From Alphaproteobacteria bacterium (GTDB lineage: Bacteria > Pseudomonadota > Alphaproteobacteria > UBA828), in NCBI GenBank assembly GCA_965237415.1, contig CBDEFM010000002.1, positions 3,584,001-3,648,000 on the forward strand: 64,000 nt of DNA. The letters run 5' to 3'. Position 1 is the first letter of the stretch; each line of letters opens with the position of its first letter. Below are positions 42,553-52,411 of the stretch, piece by piece. The translations under genes were made by a program, and so were the position numbers. The notes beneath the pieces are model-generated. The model ran no database searches and was not told where the DNA came from. It worked only from the letters and a program-made list of their open reading frames with translations.

Positions 42553-43995
42553 TTACGCAACCAGCGCCGGCCAACGGTCGCGCCAGGGGCGGGCGGCCTC
42601 GAAGGCGCCCGCTGCCCGCAGCACCATCGGGTCATCCAGGTGGCGGCCCACGATCTGCAGTCCCACCGGCAGCCCGTCCGCGGTCCAGCCGGCGGGCACG
42701 CTGGCGGCCGGCTGGCCCGTCATGTTGAGCGGGAAGGTGAAGGCGAGCCAGGCGAAGGGCGGCACTAGGCGCCCCCCGATGATCTCCGGTCCCTGCGTGT
42801 AGAGCCCGAAGGGCGGACACGCCAGCGTCGGCGTCAGCAGGAGGTCGTAGCCCCGCATGAAGCGCCACATCCTGTTGACCAGCGCCTTGCGCCCGATCAC
42901 GGCATTCGTCAGGTCCTCCGCCGTCCACGGTCGGGTGATGAAGTCCACCAGATGGGGCGTCATCTCTGCGCCATGCTCCGCCACCAGCCGCCGCATCCCG
43001 GCGAGGTCAGTTTCCGCCGCCACCAGGCCCCAGAAGGTGAGGTAGGGATCGTCCCAGCCGGGGTCAGCCTCCTCCACGGTGCAGCCGAGGTCGCTCTCGA
43101 ACACCTTCACCGCCTCGCCCACGACGCGGCGCACCTCGGGATCGACGGCGGCATAGCCCCAATCGGCGCTGTAGGCCACGCGGCATCCCTTGAGATCGCC
43201 GCCGGCACTCGCCAGCCAGTCGAAGTCGGCGGCGGGCAGCGAGTGGCGGTCGCGATCGTCGGGGCCGGCCATGACCGAAAGCATGAGCGCGGAGTCCGCC
43301 ACCGTCCGCGTCATCGGGCCGATATGCTCGATCCCCTCCCAGCTCGAGACCCCGGGATAGCGCTCGTCCCGGCTGCCGGGATAGAGCGGCACCCGCCCCA
43401 TCGACGCCTTGACGCCCACCAGCCCGCAGAAGGACGCAGGAATGCGCACCGAGCCGCCACCGTCGCTGCCGACCGCGAGCGGCCCCATCCCCGCCGCCAC
43501 CGACGCGCCCGAGCCCGCGCTGGAGCCGCCGGGGGTGCGCTCCAGGTTCCACGGGTTGCGGGTCGCCTCGAACACGGCATTGTGGCTCGCGCCGCTGTAG
43601 CCGAACTCCGGCACGTTGGTCTTGCCGAGGATGAGCGCGCCTGCGTCCCTCAGGCGCTCGACCACCACGTCGTCCTCTTCGGCCATAAAGTCCCTGTAGG
43701 CGACGGAGCCGGAAACCGTGGGCAGGTCCTTGGTGCAGACGAGGTCCTTGATGGCGACGGGGACGCCCGCGAGCGGGCCCGGGTCCTCGCCAGCCTGGAT
43801 GCGGGCGTCCACCTTGCGGGCGGCGGCGCGTGCATAGTCGGGCGCCGGCGTGCAAAAGGCGTGCACATGGGGCTCCACCACTTCCATGTGGGCGATGACC
43901 GCGTCCGCGACCTCGAGGGCCGAGAGCTCCCTGGCCCTCACCTGCGCTGCGAGCGTCACGGCGTCCATCCGGCAGATCTCGTTCGCTTTCGTCAT
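42553..43995 (-). CDS. Amidase (GatA-like, amidase signature)
   Basis: GGSSAGS, GSDGGGSVRIPA. Confidence 0.92.
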   Translation of the reverse strand: MTKANEICRMDAVTLAAQVRARELSALEVADAVIAHMEVVEPHVHAFCTPAPDYARAAARKVDARIQAGEDPGPLAGVPVAIKDLVCTKDLPTVSGSVAYRDFMAEEDDVVVERLRDAGALILGKTNVPEFGYSGASHNAVFEATRNPWNLERTPGGSSAGSGASVAAGMGPLAVGSDGGGSVRIPASFCGLVGVKASMGRVPLYPGSRDERYPGVSSWEGIEHIGPMTRTVADSALMLSVMAGPDDRDRHSLPAADFDWLASAGGDLKGCRVAYSADWGYAAVDPEVRRVVGEAVKVFESDLGCTVEEADPGWDDPYLTFWGLVAAETDLAGMRRLVAEHGAEMTPHLVDFITRPWTAEDLTNAVIGRKALVNRMWRFMRGYDLLLTPTLACPPFGLYTQGPEIIGGRLVPPFAWLAFTFPLNMTGQPAASVPAGWTADGLPVGLQIVGRHLDDPMVLRAAGAFEAARPWRDRWPALVA

Positions 43996-44005
43996 GTGTC
44001 CTCCT

Positions 44006-45031
44006 TCACCGCAGCTTGCGTGCGAGCGGCCAGGGAACTTCCCGACCGGCCGTTATTCCTTGAGGGCGGAACAGCAGGATCATCAACATCAAGAATGAAA
44101 GCCCCACCTCGCGCAAGCCGCGCGGCGCGGCCAGATGCATCGCACCGACGTCGAAGCCGGACTCGATCTGGCGCAGCACTTCGCCGAGCACACTCACCAC
44201 GACGGTTCCCGTCACCGCGCCGGCCAGGCTGTTCATGCCGCCGATCACCAGCATGGCGAGCGTAATGAAGGTGACGTCCAGATAGAACGAGCTCGACGAC
44301 AGCACGCCGATGAAATGCGCATGCAACACCCCGCCGAAGCCTACGATGAAGGCGCTGAAGACGAAGGCGATCAGCCGCTCCCGCCGCACATTGATGCCGG
44401 CAGCAAGCGCCGCCACCTCGTTTTCGCGCGAAGCGCGCAGACGCACGCCATGGCGTGATTCCTGATAGGCGTAGGCCAACCCGAGCGCGAGAAGCGCATA
44501 GATCAGCGCGATCCATATGTCGGTATAGACCGGCAGCCCGATCAGGGCGCTGGCACCCCCGGTCACCTCCTTCCAGTTGGAGATGACCACATAGACGATC
44601 GCAAGCCAGGCGAAGGTTCCCATCGCCGCCGAGATGCCCGAGAGACGCATCAGTGGCAGGCCGATGACGAACGCGAAGATGGAGGACAGGATCGCCGCAA
44701 TCACGGCCGCCGGGATCGTCGGGAGCTGCAGAGCCGTCATGAAGGGCGGCAAATCGAGAACGACTTTCTTCATGGTGGGCGGGATGGTCAGCAGGGCGGA
44801 CCCGTAGGCGCCGATGGACATGAAGCTCACATGCCCGAAGGAGAGGATCCCGGAGTTCCCGACGAAGATGTAGATGCCGATCACGACGATCAGCCGGATG
44901 AACGCCTCGGTCGCCGTGCGCTGCAGCGGCATCGAGCCGAGCGAGAGTAGCGCGGCCAGAACGACGAGGACGAGTGCGAGGGAGAGAAGGGGCCAGATCG
45001 GCCGGAGTGCTCGTTCCACCCTGCCCGCCAT
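44006..45031 (-). CDS. Branched-chain amino acid ABC permease (LivM-like)
   Basis: SFGH, LRASRENEVAA..AGI. Confidence 0.9.
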   Translation of the reverse strand: MAGRVERALRPIWPLLSLALVLVVLAALLSLGSMPLQRTATEAFIRLIVVIGIYIFVGNSGILSFGHVSFMSIGAYGSALLTIPPTMKKVVLDLPPFMTALQLPTIPAAVIAAILSSIFAFVIGLPLMRLSGISAAMGTFAWLAIVYVVISNWKEVTGGASALIGLPVYTDIWIALIYALLALGLAYAYQESRHGVRLRASRENEVAALAAGINVRRERLIAFVFSAFIVGFGGVLHAHFIGVLSSSSFYLDVTFITLAMLVIGGMNSLAGAVTGTVVVSVLGEVLRQIESGFDVGAMHLAAPRGLREVGLSFLMLMILLFRPQGITAGREVPWPLARKLR

Positions 45032-45034
45032 TGT

Positions 45035-45919
45035 CTAGATGCGCTCCCTTGCGCTGCGGCCGCGCAGGAGGCCCTGGGGACGAGCCAGGAGGAATCCGAT
45101 CAACACGGCGAAGACGAAGGCATCGCGATAGGGCCTGAACTCCACCGGGAGGACCGCCTGCAACGACACCGTGAGAACGCCGACGACGAGACCACCGACG
45201 GCAGCCCCCACCAGGTTGCCCATGCCGCCTATCACGGTCGCGACAAAGGCGACCAGAACCAGGCTCACGCCCATTCTCGGCGTGAGCGTTCCCGTCTGTG
45301 TGACGTAGAGCAACGAAACGATCCCGGCGAGCACCGCGCTGAGGATGAACGCGATTGCGATAACAGCGTTCGCCCGCACGCCGACGAGGCGCGCCATGCC
45401 GAAGTCTTCGGCGGCCGCGCGCATCTGCATTCCCATGCTGCTACGCCGGAAGAAGAGAACCAGTGCGACCAGCAAGACGACGGTGATGGCGATCGTCACC
45501 ACCTGAAGCTTCGGGATGCGCAATCCCTCAACCACGAAGTACTCGCTCAGATCGCTGAGAAAGGTGACGCTCTTGGGCCGGGCACCGAAGATCAGAAGAA
45601 CGAGATGCTGGAGGAAATAGGCAAGCGCGAAGGACGCGATGAGAAGCGTGGCGGGATTGGCGCGTCGAAGCGGTCGAAACGCCACCCGCTCCATCACGAT
45701 CGCCACGGCAATGACGAGAACGATGGCGACCAGCGCCATCACCGCCTCGTGCTGCCCGAACGTGAAGAACAGCGCGTAGGCCCCGAGCATGATCAACTCG
45801 CCATGGGCGAAGTTGATCAGGCGCATGATGCCGAAGATCAGACCTATACCCAGCGCCGTAAGGGAATAGAGAGCCCCGAGACTGATAGCGTCGACGATAT
45901 TTTGGAGGACGAAGGTCAT
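45035..45919 (-). CDS. Branched-chain amino acid ABC permease (LivH-like)
   Basis: INFAHGE, MRAAAED..MARLVGV. Confidence 0.9.
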   Translation of the reverse strand: MTFVLQNIVDAISLGALYSLTALGIGLIFGIMRLINFAHGELIMLGAYALFFTFGQHEAVMALVAIVLVIAVAIVMERVAFRPLRRANPATLLIASFALAYFLQHLVLLIFGARPKSVTFLSDLSEYFVVEGLRIPKLQVVTIAITVVLLVALVLFFRRSSMGMQMRAAAEDFGMARLVGVRANAVIAIAFILSAVLAGIVSLLYVTQTGTLTPRMGVSLVLVAFVATVIGGMGNLVGAAVGGLVVGVLTVSLQAVLPVEFRPYRDAFVFAVLIGFLLARPQGLLRGRSARERI

Positions 45920-46635
45920 GTGTCGCGCGTCTTGTAGCCGAAATAGGCGTCCTCGAAGCCGGCCTCCGAGCGCAACTCCTCGGCCCTCCCCGCCATCACG
46001 ATCGCACCCGACGCCAGCACATAGGTGCGGTCCGCAGCTTCGAGCGCCCGCGTCGCACTCTGCTCCACGATGAGAACGGTCACGCCGTCGGCGCGCAGAT
46101 CGGCGACCGCACGGTAGACCTCGTTGACGACGAGGGGCGCCAGCCCGAGCGAGGGCTCGTCGATCAGCAGCAGGCGCGGGCGCGCCAGCAGGGCACGGCC
46201 GATCGCCAGCATCTGCTGCTCGCCGCCGGACAGCTTGCCGGCCGGCTGCCGCAGGCGCTCGCGCAACGCGGGAAACATGGTCAAAACGCGGTCCACGTCG
46301 CCGTCGATGGCACCGCGATCGCGCCGGGCGACCGCGCCTATCCGGATGTTCTCGGCCACCGTGAGGCCGGCAAAGATGTGCCGACCCTCGGGAACCAGCG
46401 AGATCCCGAGACGCACGAGGTCTTCGGGCGCGGAGCCAGCGATCGTCCGGCCCTCGAATTCGATTGTTCCGGAGGCGGGAGCGACGACACCGGCAATGGC
46501 GTTGAGAAGCGACGACTTGCCCGCGCCGTTCGGCCCGATGACGGATACGATCTCGCGTTCTTCAATACGGAGCGTAACGCCAGCCAACGCCGAGATGTTG
46601 CCGTAGGTGACCCGCAGATCCTCAGTCGCCAGCAC
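45916..46635 (-). CDS. ABC ATPase (LivF-like)
   Basis: GPNGAGKS, LSGGEQQML, DEPSLGLAP. Confidence 0.92.
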   Translation of the reverse strand: MLATEDLRVTYGNISALAGVTLRIEEREIVSVIGPNGAGKSSLLNAIAGVVAPASGTIEFEGRTIAGSAPEDLVRLGISLVPEGRHIFAGLTVAENIRIGAVARRDRGAIDGDVDRVLTMFPALRERLRQPAGKLSGGEQQMLAIGRALLARPRLLLIDEPSLGLAPLVVNEVYRAVADLRADGVTVLIVEQSATRALEAADRTYVLASGAIVMAGRAEELRSEAGFEDAYFGYKTRDT

Positions 46636-46638
46636 GGC

Positions 46639-47385
46639 TTACGCGAAGTCCTCGCCGAGATAGGCTCTCCTGACCGCGGCGTTCGCCCGGATGTCGGAGG
46701 GCGCGCCCTCGGCGATCGAGCGGCCCTGATCGAGCACATGGATACGGTCGCACAAGCCCATGATGACCGCCATGTTGTGCTCGATCAGCAGCACACCGCA
46801 GTCGAGCCGACGGCGAATATCGCGGATGACCTCCCGCAGCTCCTCGCATTCCCGATCGTTGAGCCCGGCGGCCGGCTCGTCGAGCAGCAGGAAGCGCGGG
46901 CGCATGGCAAGCGCGCGTGCGATGCCGACGCGCCGTTCCTCGCCAAAGGGCAAAGCATCGGCCCGCGCCTCCGCCTGGGTCTCGAGATCGAGCCAGCGCA
47001 GCACCTCATCCGCGCGTTCACGCGCCCGCCGCCGACCGAGGCCCATGCCAAGCGCGCCTGCTTCGACGTTCTGAAACACGCTCAGACCGCCGAAGAGGCG
47101 GACGCCCTGGAAGGTCCGCGCCACCCCGTCGCGCGCCAGCTGGAAGGGCGCGCGCCCGGTCACGTCGTGCCCGGAGAGCCACACGCTGCCCTGGTCCGGT
47201 CTCTGAAACCCGGTCAGGACATTGACCAGAGTGGTCTTGCCGGCGCCATTCGGCCCGATCAGGCCGAGGATCTCATTCTGGCCCACATGCAGGCTCGCGC
47301 CGCTGATCGCGCGCACGCCCTCGAACCGCACATGAACGTCGCGTGCTTCCAGCTTCCCGCCTTCCGCGGCTGGCGCGCCCCGCAT
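46639..47385 (-). CDS. ABC ATPase (LivG-like)
   Basis: GPNGAGKTT, ARTFQ, LLDEPAAGL. Confidence 0.92.
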   Translation of the reverse strand: MRGAPAAEGGKLEARDVHVRFEGVRAISGASLHVGQNEILGLIGPNGAGKTTLVNVLTGFQRPDQGSVWLSGHDVTGRAPFQLARDGVARTFQGVRLFGGLSVFQNVEAGALGMGLGRRRARERADEVLRWLDLETQAEARADALPFGEERRVGIARALAMRPRFLLLDEPAAGLNDRECEELREVIRDIRRRLDCGVLLIEHNMAVIMGLCDRIHVLDQGRSIAEGAPSDIRANAAVRRAYLGEDFA

Positions 47386-47415
47386 TCTCTCCTGCCGGAC
47401 GACTTCTTGCCGGCG

Positions 47416-48609
47416 TCAGTACACGATCGAGGCGGCCTTGGTCGGCCGGAACACCCCGATGGCGCTGTGCTTGCCATTCTGCACCTGCATGATCGTCATC
47501 GGCCGGGTCACGCTCATGTGCAGCTCGGGCGTATAGGTGGTGGCGCCGACCAGGGAGGGCTCGTCGCTGAAGCTCTCGAGCACCTCGCGCACGGCATCAC
47601 CATCCAGCGTCCCGGCCCGCTCGACGGCATTGGCCCACGTCTCGATGGCTGCATAGCCGGTATACATCTGCCCGGTCGCAGGTGGCCCGCCATGCATCTC
47701 GATGAACTTTGCAAGAACCTCGTTGATTTCAGGGCGAGGATCGTCGCCGAAGATCGAGCCGTAGATCGCGTAGTAGAGGCCGCTCAGGTCCGGCACCGCA
47801 TCGAGCCAGTAGATGCCGCCCATGGCCTCGCCGCTCAGCAGCGGGATGTTCACGCCCGCTGCACGCAGCTGCTTGAGGGCAGACGCTCCGCCGGGGGGAT
47901 ATGAACAGTACATGATCGTATCCGGCTGAGTATCGAGCGCCTTGAGCCGCGTGATCTGGGTCGCAATCGACGGATCGTTGTTCTGGAACGTGTCCTCGCC
48001 CAGAAACGCCTCCTCACCCGCGATCTCGATCCAGCGCTCCTTGAAGGAGCGGCACAGGGAAACGTCGAATTCCACGGTCGGATCAACCAGCATGTAGGCG
48101 GAGCGATAGCCTTGATCGTTGTACCCCCATTCCGCCATCAGGGCGCCCTGCCCCGGCGTCCCGATCGACATGGTGAAGGCGTATGGCCCGATGCCCTGGA
48201 CGCCGAACTTGGGATCCGCGGCACAACTCGAGAAGGCGATGATGCCGCGCGCGTTCGCGACCGACGCGGCGGCGCCGCCGAAGTCGTAGTCACAGGTCAC
48301 GAGCACCATCTGCGCGCCTTGATCGATCACCTCGAGCCCGGCGTTGGCACCGTGAGCGATGTCTGACTTGGTGTCCGCGAAGACCATCTCGAGCTGTCGG
48401 CCGAGCACGCCGCCTCGCTCGTTGATGACCTTGACCGCAAGCTGCGCCGCCTTCTGCGGTCCGTCATCATAGGGCGCGATGAAACCGCTCAACGCAACAG
48501 CGGCACCAATGACGATCGGCTCCTCATCCGCGGCTGCATGCTGACCAAGGCCCAGAGACGCCGCCGCAATCAACCCAAGTACGACCCGCGGGACACGAAT
48601 TATCGTCAT
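47416..48609 (-). CDS. ABC substrate-binding protein (LivK-like)
   Basis: Signal peptide, INERGGVLGRQLE. Confidence 0.9.
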   Translation of the reverse strand: MTIIRVPRVVLGLIAAASLGLGQHAAADEEPIVIGAAVALSGFIAPYDDGPQKAAQLAVKVINERGGVLGRQLEMVFADTKSDIAHGANAGLEVIDQGAQMVLVTCDYDFGGAAASVANARGIIAFSSCAADPKFGVQGIGPYAFTMSIGTPGQGALMAEWGYNDQGYRSAYMLVDPTVEFDVSLCRSFKERWIEIAGEEAFLGEDTFQNNDPSIATQITRLKALDTQPDTIMYCSYPPGGASALKQLRAAGVNIPLLSGEAMGGIYWLDAVPDLSGLYYAIYGSIFGDDPRPEINEVLAKFIEMHGGPPATGQMYTGYAAIETWANAVERAGTLDGDAVREVLESFSDEPSLVGATTYTPELHMSVTRPMTIMQVQNGKHSAIGVFRPTKAASIVY

Positions 48610-48739
48610 GTGACAAGCCTCCCCCTTATTCCTTGTCGCAGCAAAGTATTAAGAAACTGCTGCTGTCTTTGCCCCGCAAGCATGCATATCGATCGCCGAG
48701 GTTGTCAACGGCGTGTCCTGGTTCAGGAGATGCGAGACG

Positions 48740-48845
48740 GCGGGGCATCGTTGGCTGCGAGCTGCTCAACGCCCTGGACGGGTTCACCTGCGAGAGCCTG
48801 GCGATCCGAGTGCGGCGGAAACTCTCCTCGGCCGGCGTTTTGACA
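48740..48845 (+). pseudogene. IS3 integrase-core scrap
   Basis: LLNALDGFTCESLAIRVRRKLSS. Confidence 0.55.
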
Positions 48846-48877
48846 CACACCCTGAGCCCGCATTTCTCGCGCCGTGT

Positions 48878-49174
48878 TCAGCCCTGATCGTACCCGCCGC
48901 CGCGCTCGCCAGCCCCCACCGGCAGGCGCGCGGTCGCGGCGACGAGCCTTTCGGTATAGCCGTGCCGGGGTGCATCCAGCACCCGCTCGGTCGCACCGAC
49001 CTCCACGATGGCGCCCTGCTCCATCACCGCCACCTTGTCGGTCGCGAAGCGGACGACGTCGAGATCGTGGGTGATGAAGAGGCACGAAAATCCATCGCGC
49101 TCCTGCAGGTCGAGCAGAAGGTTCAGGATCTGGGCCTGCACCGAGACGTCAAGCGACGAGGACGGCTCGTCCAA
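48878..49174 (-). pseudogene. Peptide ABC ATPase C-terminal fragment
   Basis: DEPSSSLDVSVQAQILNLL...FITHDL. Confidence 0.75.
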
Positions 49175-49312
49175 GATTATGGACCGCTTAATCGAACACC
49201 GACATGGCCGGCTTGGACCGGCCGACAGCGAGTGTCACCTGCTCCGGGCGCCGGCGAAGCGAGGGCGCAAGGGCAAGGCTCCGGTGAGCGGCGAGAGGGC
49301 CGTGAACGCCGC

Positions 49313-49933
49313 TCAGGCCGATGCCGATGGGGGCAATCCCCTGACCACGCCCGCCTGGACGACGTCGGGATCGAAGGCCTTCCGCGCGAAGACCTCATGC
49401 ACCTCGGCCTCGAAGCTCGTCAGCGGGTCCGTCGGATAGTCGGGGTCGAAGCTCGCCTGATCCCAGCGCTCGCAGAAGTCGACGCAGGACCGGAAATACG
49501 GGCTATCGGCATATATCTGGCGCAGCTCGGGCTCCCATCCGTAATGATGTGCGTAGTAGACCATCTGGAAGATGCCGTGATGCCGGACCGTCCAGACGAC
49601 CTCCTCGCGCATATACGGACGCAAGATCTCGGCGGCCACCTTGTCGTGGTTCTGTGGCGCCAGCCCATCGCCAATGTCGTGCAAGAGCGCCGCAACCACC
49701 CAGTCGATATCTGCGCAATGCCGACGCGCCCGGGTCGCCGTTTGCAGCCCGTGCTGCAGGCAGGTGATCTTGTAGCCCGACAGCGTGTCCTTGTCCCGGC
49801 TCGCCAGCTCGCGCAACAGCCGGTCGGCCGTGCCCTGGCGATAGATCTCCTCGCAGCGCGCGAGGAACTCGTAGTCCGCCCGCGTGCCGTCCTTCATCTG
49901 CGTGAAGTCGACCGTCTCCATCGTCTCAGGCAT
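49313..49933 (-). CDS. HD-domain metalloenzyme
   Basis: H..QTAT, LLHDIG, NH, HH, WD motifs. Confidence 0.85.
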   Translation of the reverse strand: MPETMETVDFTQMKDGTRADYEFLARCEEIYRQGTADRLLRELASRDKDTLSGYKITCLQHGLQTATRARRHCADIDWVVAALLHDIGDGLAPQNHDKVAAEILRPYMREEVVWTVRHHGIFQMVYYAHHYGWEPELRQIYADSPYFRSCVDFCERWDQASFDPDYPTDPLTSFEAEVHEVFARKAFDPDVVQAGVVRGLPPSASA

Positions 49934-50801
49934 GGGCGGCCCTTTCGATCCCGCTGTAAAGGGTATTGTCGCCGTCGATCCCGTCGCCCAGCACCTTGGA
50001 CTTTGCGGCCATCACTTCCTCATAAAGGGCCAGGTGCGCCGGCGTAAAGCTGCCGGGCGGCGGCACCACGTTGATGCGGTTGCCTACCCGGTCGGCGCCC
50101 CGCATCAGCATGGCGAAGTCGCGGCGCGGTCCCATCGAGGGCGTGTCGGGCCGGATGAAGCGCATCGCCAGGCCGAGCCGCCGGTCGTCCGAGCTGTTCG
50201 GCCCCGAGGCGTGGAAGAGCCGCCCGTGATGGAGCGATATTTGCCCGGGTGCGAGCGCCGCCACCACGGCTTCCGCCTCGTTCACCTCGACGGCGATCTG
50301 CTGGCCGCGGCTGAGGAGGTTGTCGGCGGCGAAGGTATCCTCGTGGGGCACGATCTGCCCTTTGTGCGAGCCCGACACGAACTTCATGGCACCCGAGGTC
50401 GCGGTCGCCGGCGACAGCGCCACCCAGGCGGTCACCTCGTGGTCGGTGCCGTCCATGCCCCAATAGGTCAGATCCTGGTGCCAGCTCACGAAATTCGGCG
50501 TTCTCGCTTCCTTGATGAAGTATTCGCACGACCACATCAGGATGTCGGGGCCCAGGATGCTCTCGACCTTGTCCAGTATGCGCGGGTCGTGCGCGATACG
50601 AAGCGGCACGTCCGTGCTCAGATAGCTTGAGGTGCGCAGATACTGCCCGACAGGCCGGGGCAGGACCTGGGTACAGTTCCGTTCGATTCCTTCCAGCGCG
50701 GCGCGGTGTGCGGCGGCTTCGTCAGCATCGAAGATGTCGATCGGGCAGAGATAGCCGTCGCGGCGATAGGCCTCACAGTCCTGGGTGCCTAATCCCGCCA
50801 T
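49926..50801 (-). CDS. PhyH family Fe/2OG dioxygenase
   Basis: WHQD, TAWVAL, FHASGPN..DDRR. Confidence 0.9.
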   Translation of the reverse strand: MAGLGTQDCEAYRRDGYLCPIDIFDADEAAAHRAALEGIERNCTQVLPRPVGQYLRTSSYLSTDVPLRIAHDPRILDKVESILGPDILMWSCEYFIKEARTPNFVSWHQDLTYWGMDGTDHEVTAWVALSPATATSGAMKFVSGSHKGQIVPHEDTFAADNLLSRGQQIAVEVNEAEAVVAALAPGQISLHHGRLFHASGPNSSDDRRLGLAMRFIRPDTPSMGPRRDFAMLMRGADRVGNRINVVPPPGSFTPAHLALYEEVMAAKSKVLGDGIDGDNTLYSGIERAAHA

Positions 50802-50900
50802 CGTGTCCTCCGTTATGGCCCGTGCATCTCACGCGAATCGGGAGGCAAACGGAACATCGATCTCTTACCCGTCAGATAGAGCCAGACTTGATTTTCGACC

Positions 50901-51190
50901 ATGGCACGGCGCATCCCGTCCCTCAACTGGCTGCGGGTCTTCGAGGCCGCCGCCCGTGCGGGTCCTTCGCCGGGGCGGCCGAGACGCTCAACATGTCGCC
51001 CCCTGCGGTGGGCCAGCAGATTCGGGCGCTCGAGGATCACCTGGGTCGCGCGCTCTTCGAGCGCGGGCCGCAAAGCGTCATGCTGACCGAAGCCGGCCGC
51101 GCCTATCTGTCCGCCGGAGCTCAGACGCTGCATGGGATCGAAAGCACCACGGCCGATCTCTTCGGCGAGCCGGGGACGCTCGCCCCTGGT
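50901..51190 (+). pseudogene. GcvA-like LysR regulator, frameshifted and truncated
   Basis: PSLNWLRVFEAAAR / AAETLNMSPPAVGQQIRALE..LG..LFER. Confidence 0.8.
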
Positions 51191-51249
51191 GGAGACCTGG
51201 CTGATGCTCGCGTCGGGCCGGCTCGCGCCCCGCTTGCCGAAACGTAGAC

Positions 51250-51420
51250 ACCAATTGACGGCGCCGCTATCGCGACACCTTCCGGCCCGGTCTCCGCGTC
51301 GCCTGGGGCCGCCGCAAGCCGTAGACCATCCTCCAGGCCGAACACGCCGGCGGCCTGCGCTGTCGCCATCTCGCCTGCGACGTGCCCGGCCACAACGCTG
51401 GGCCGGATGGCTTCCTCCGC
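51250..51420 (-). pseudogene. Type I PKS acyltransferase scrap
   Basis: IRPSVVAGHVAGEMATAQAAGVFGLEDGLRLAA resembles the GHSxGE AT motif. Confidence 0.55.
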
Positions 51421-51649
51421 AGGCCGCAACTCTCGGGGATGCGGGCGCTGCGCCGACGGTCCCAGCGAGCCTGCTTTCGCGGACTCCGATCACTCTATAG
51501 CTCAAGTTCCAGCTCGGGCCCCTCGCGGACTTTCGCCCGCTCCCGCTTCCCTTCTCGCGGATCTTCCGCGTCACCTGGATGGCGCGGCCGCCATAGGCCG
51601 GCAGCTGGATGGTGTGACCGTCCGAAGTGAAGGTCGTGAAGCGCGGCCG

Positions 51650-51930
51650 GTCTCGGGGACGTTCTCGAACCGCGCTGTCAGTGGCTCCCGGTCGTCATCC
51701 ATGATCGTGCCGGTCGCCTCAGAGTCTGTGAGTTCCACTTCCGCTGGATTGCTGAGCGTGAGCGTGAAGGTCTCGTCGCCGTCGAACGTCTCATCCTCAA
51801 GCAGCGGAATGCTGATCGTCTTGACGGTCTCTCCGGGATTGAAAGTGAGAGTCCCGCTGCCAGACGTGTAATCCTCTCCTGCCGTCGCCGTGCCGTCCGA
51901 GACGGCCCAGTCCACCTTCACTGACCCATT
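51650..51930 (-). pseudogene. Calx-beta domain fragment
   Basis: VDWAVSDGTATAGEDYTSGSGTLTFNPGETVKTISIPLLEDETFDGDETFTLTLSNP...ATGTIMDDD. Confidence 0.85.
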
Positions 51931-52411
51931 CCTCCGCACCAGGACGATGTCCGCCCGGGCGATGGCGCAGAACCGCCGAACCCGGTGTTCGGCCTCCACG
52001 AATCCGAGGTTGGGCTCGGTCCTGAACGCTGCCGCTTTGCCCGGAGCGGGGCCCGATTATCGACCGTTTCGGCCGATCGGAGGGCCTGGGCCCTGCGTGT
52101 TTCGAAATCGGCACGACCGCCTGCCGGGGCGCGACGGGCTTGGCCCCACGCATCATGCCCCGCATCGGAGGGCATCACGAAGGCCTGAGTCAGGTTTCGC
52201 GAGACCTCCGCGCCGAGCAGCAGCCAGTCGCCGTCCGACGCGACTGTTAACGGCGGAGGAATAATGCTCCACGCGGAGCGACCGGACGGTCCGGTCGCGG
52301 CGGCGCAAAAATGCGCCAACCATGGTCCTTTGTCGCTTGCGACGAGGGGCGGGTGCGGCGCGACGATCAAGATGAGACTTCTCATCCAGATCGTCGCGCT
52401 ATAGGCGGGGG

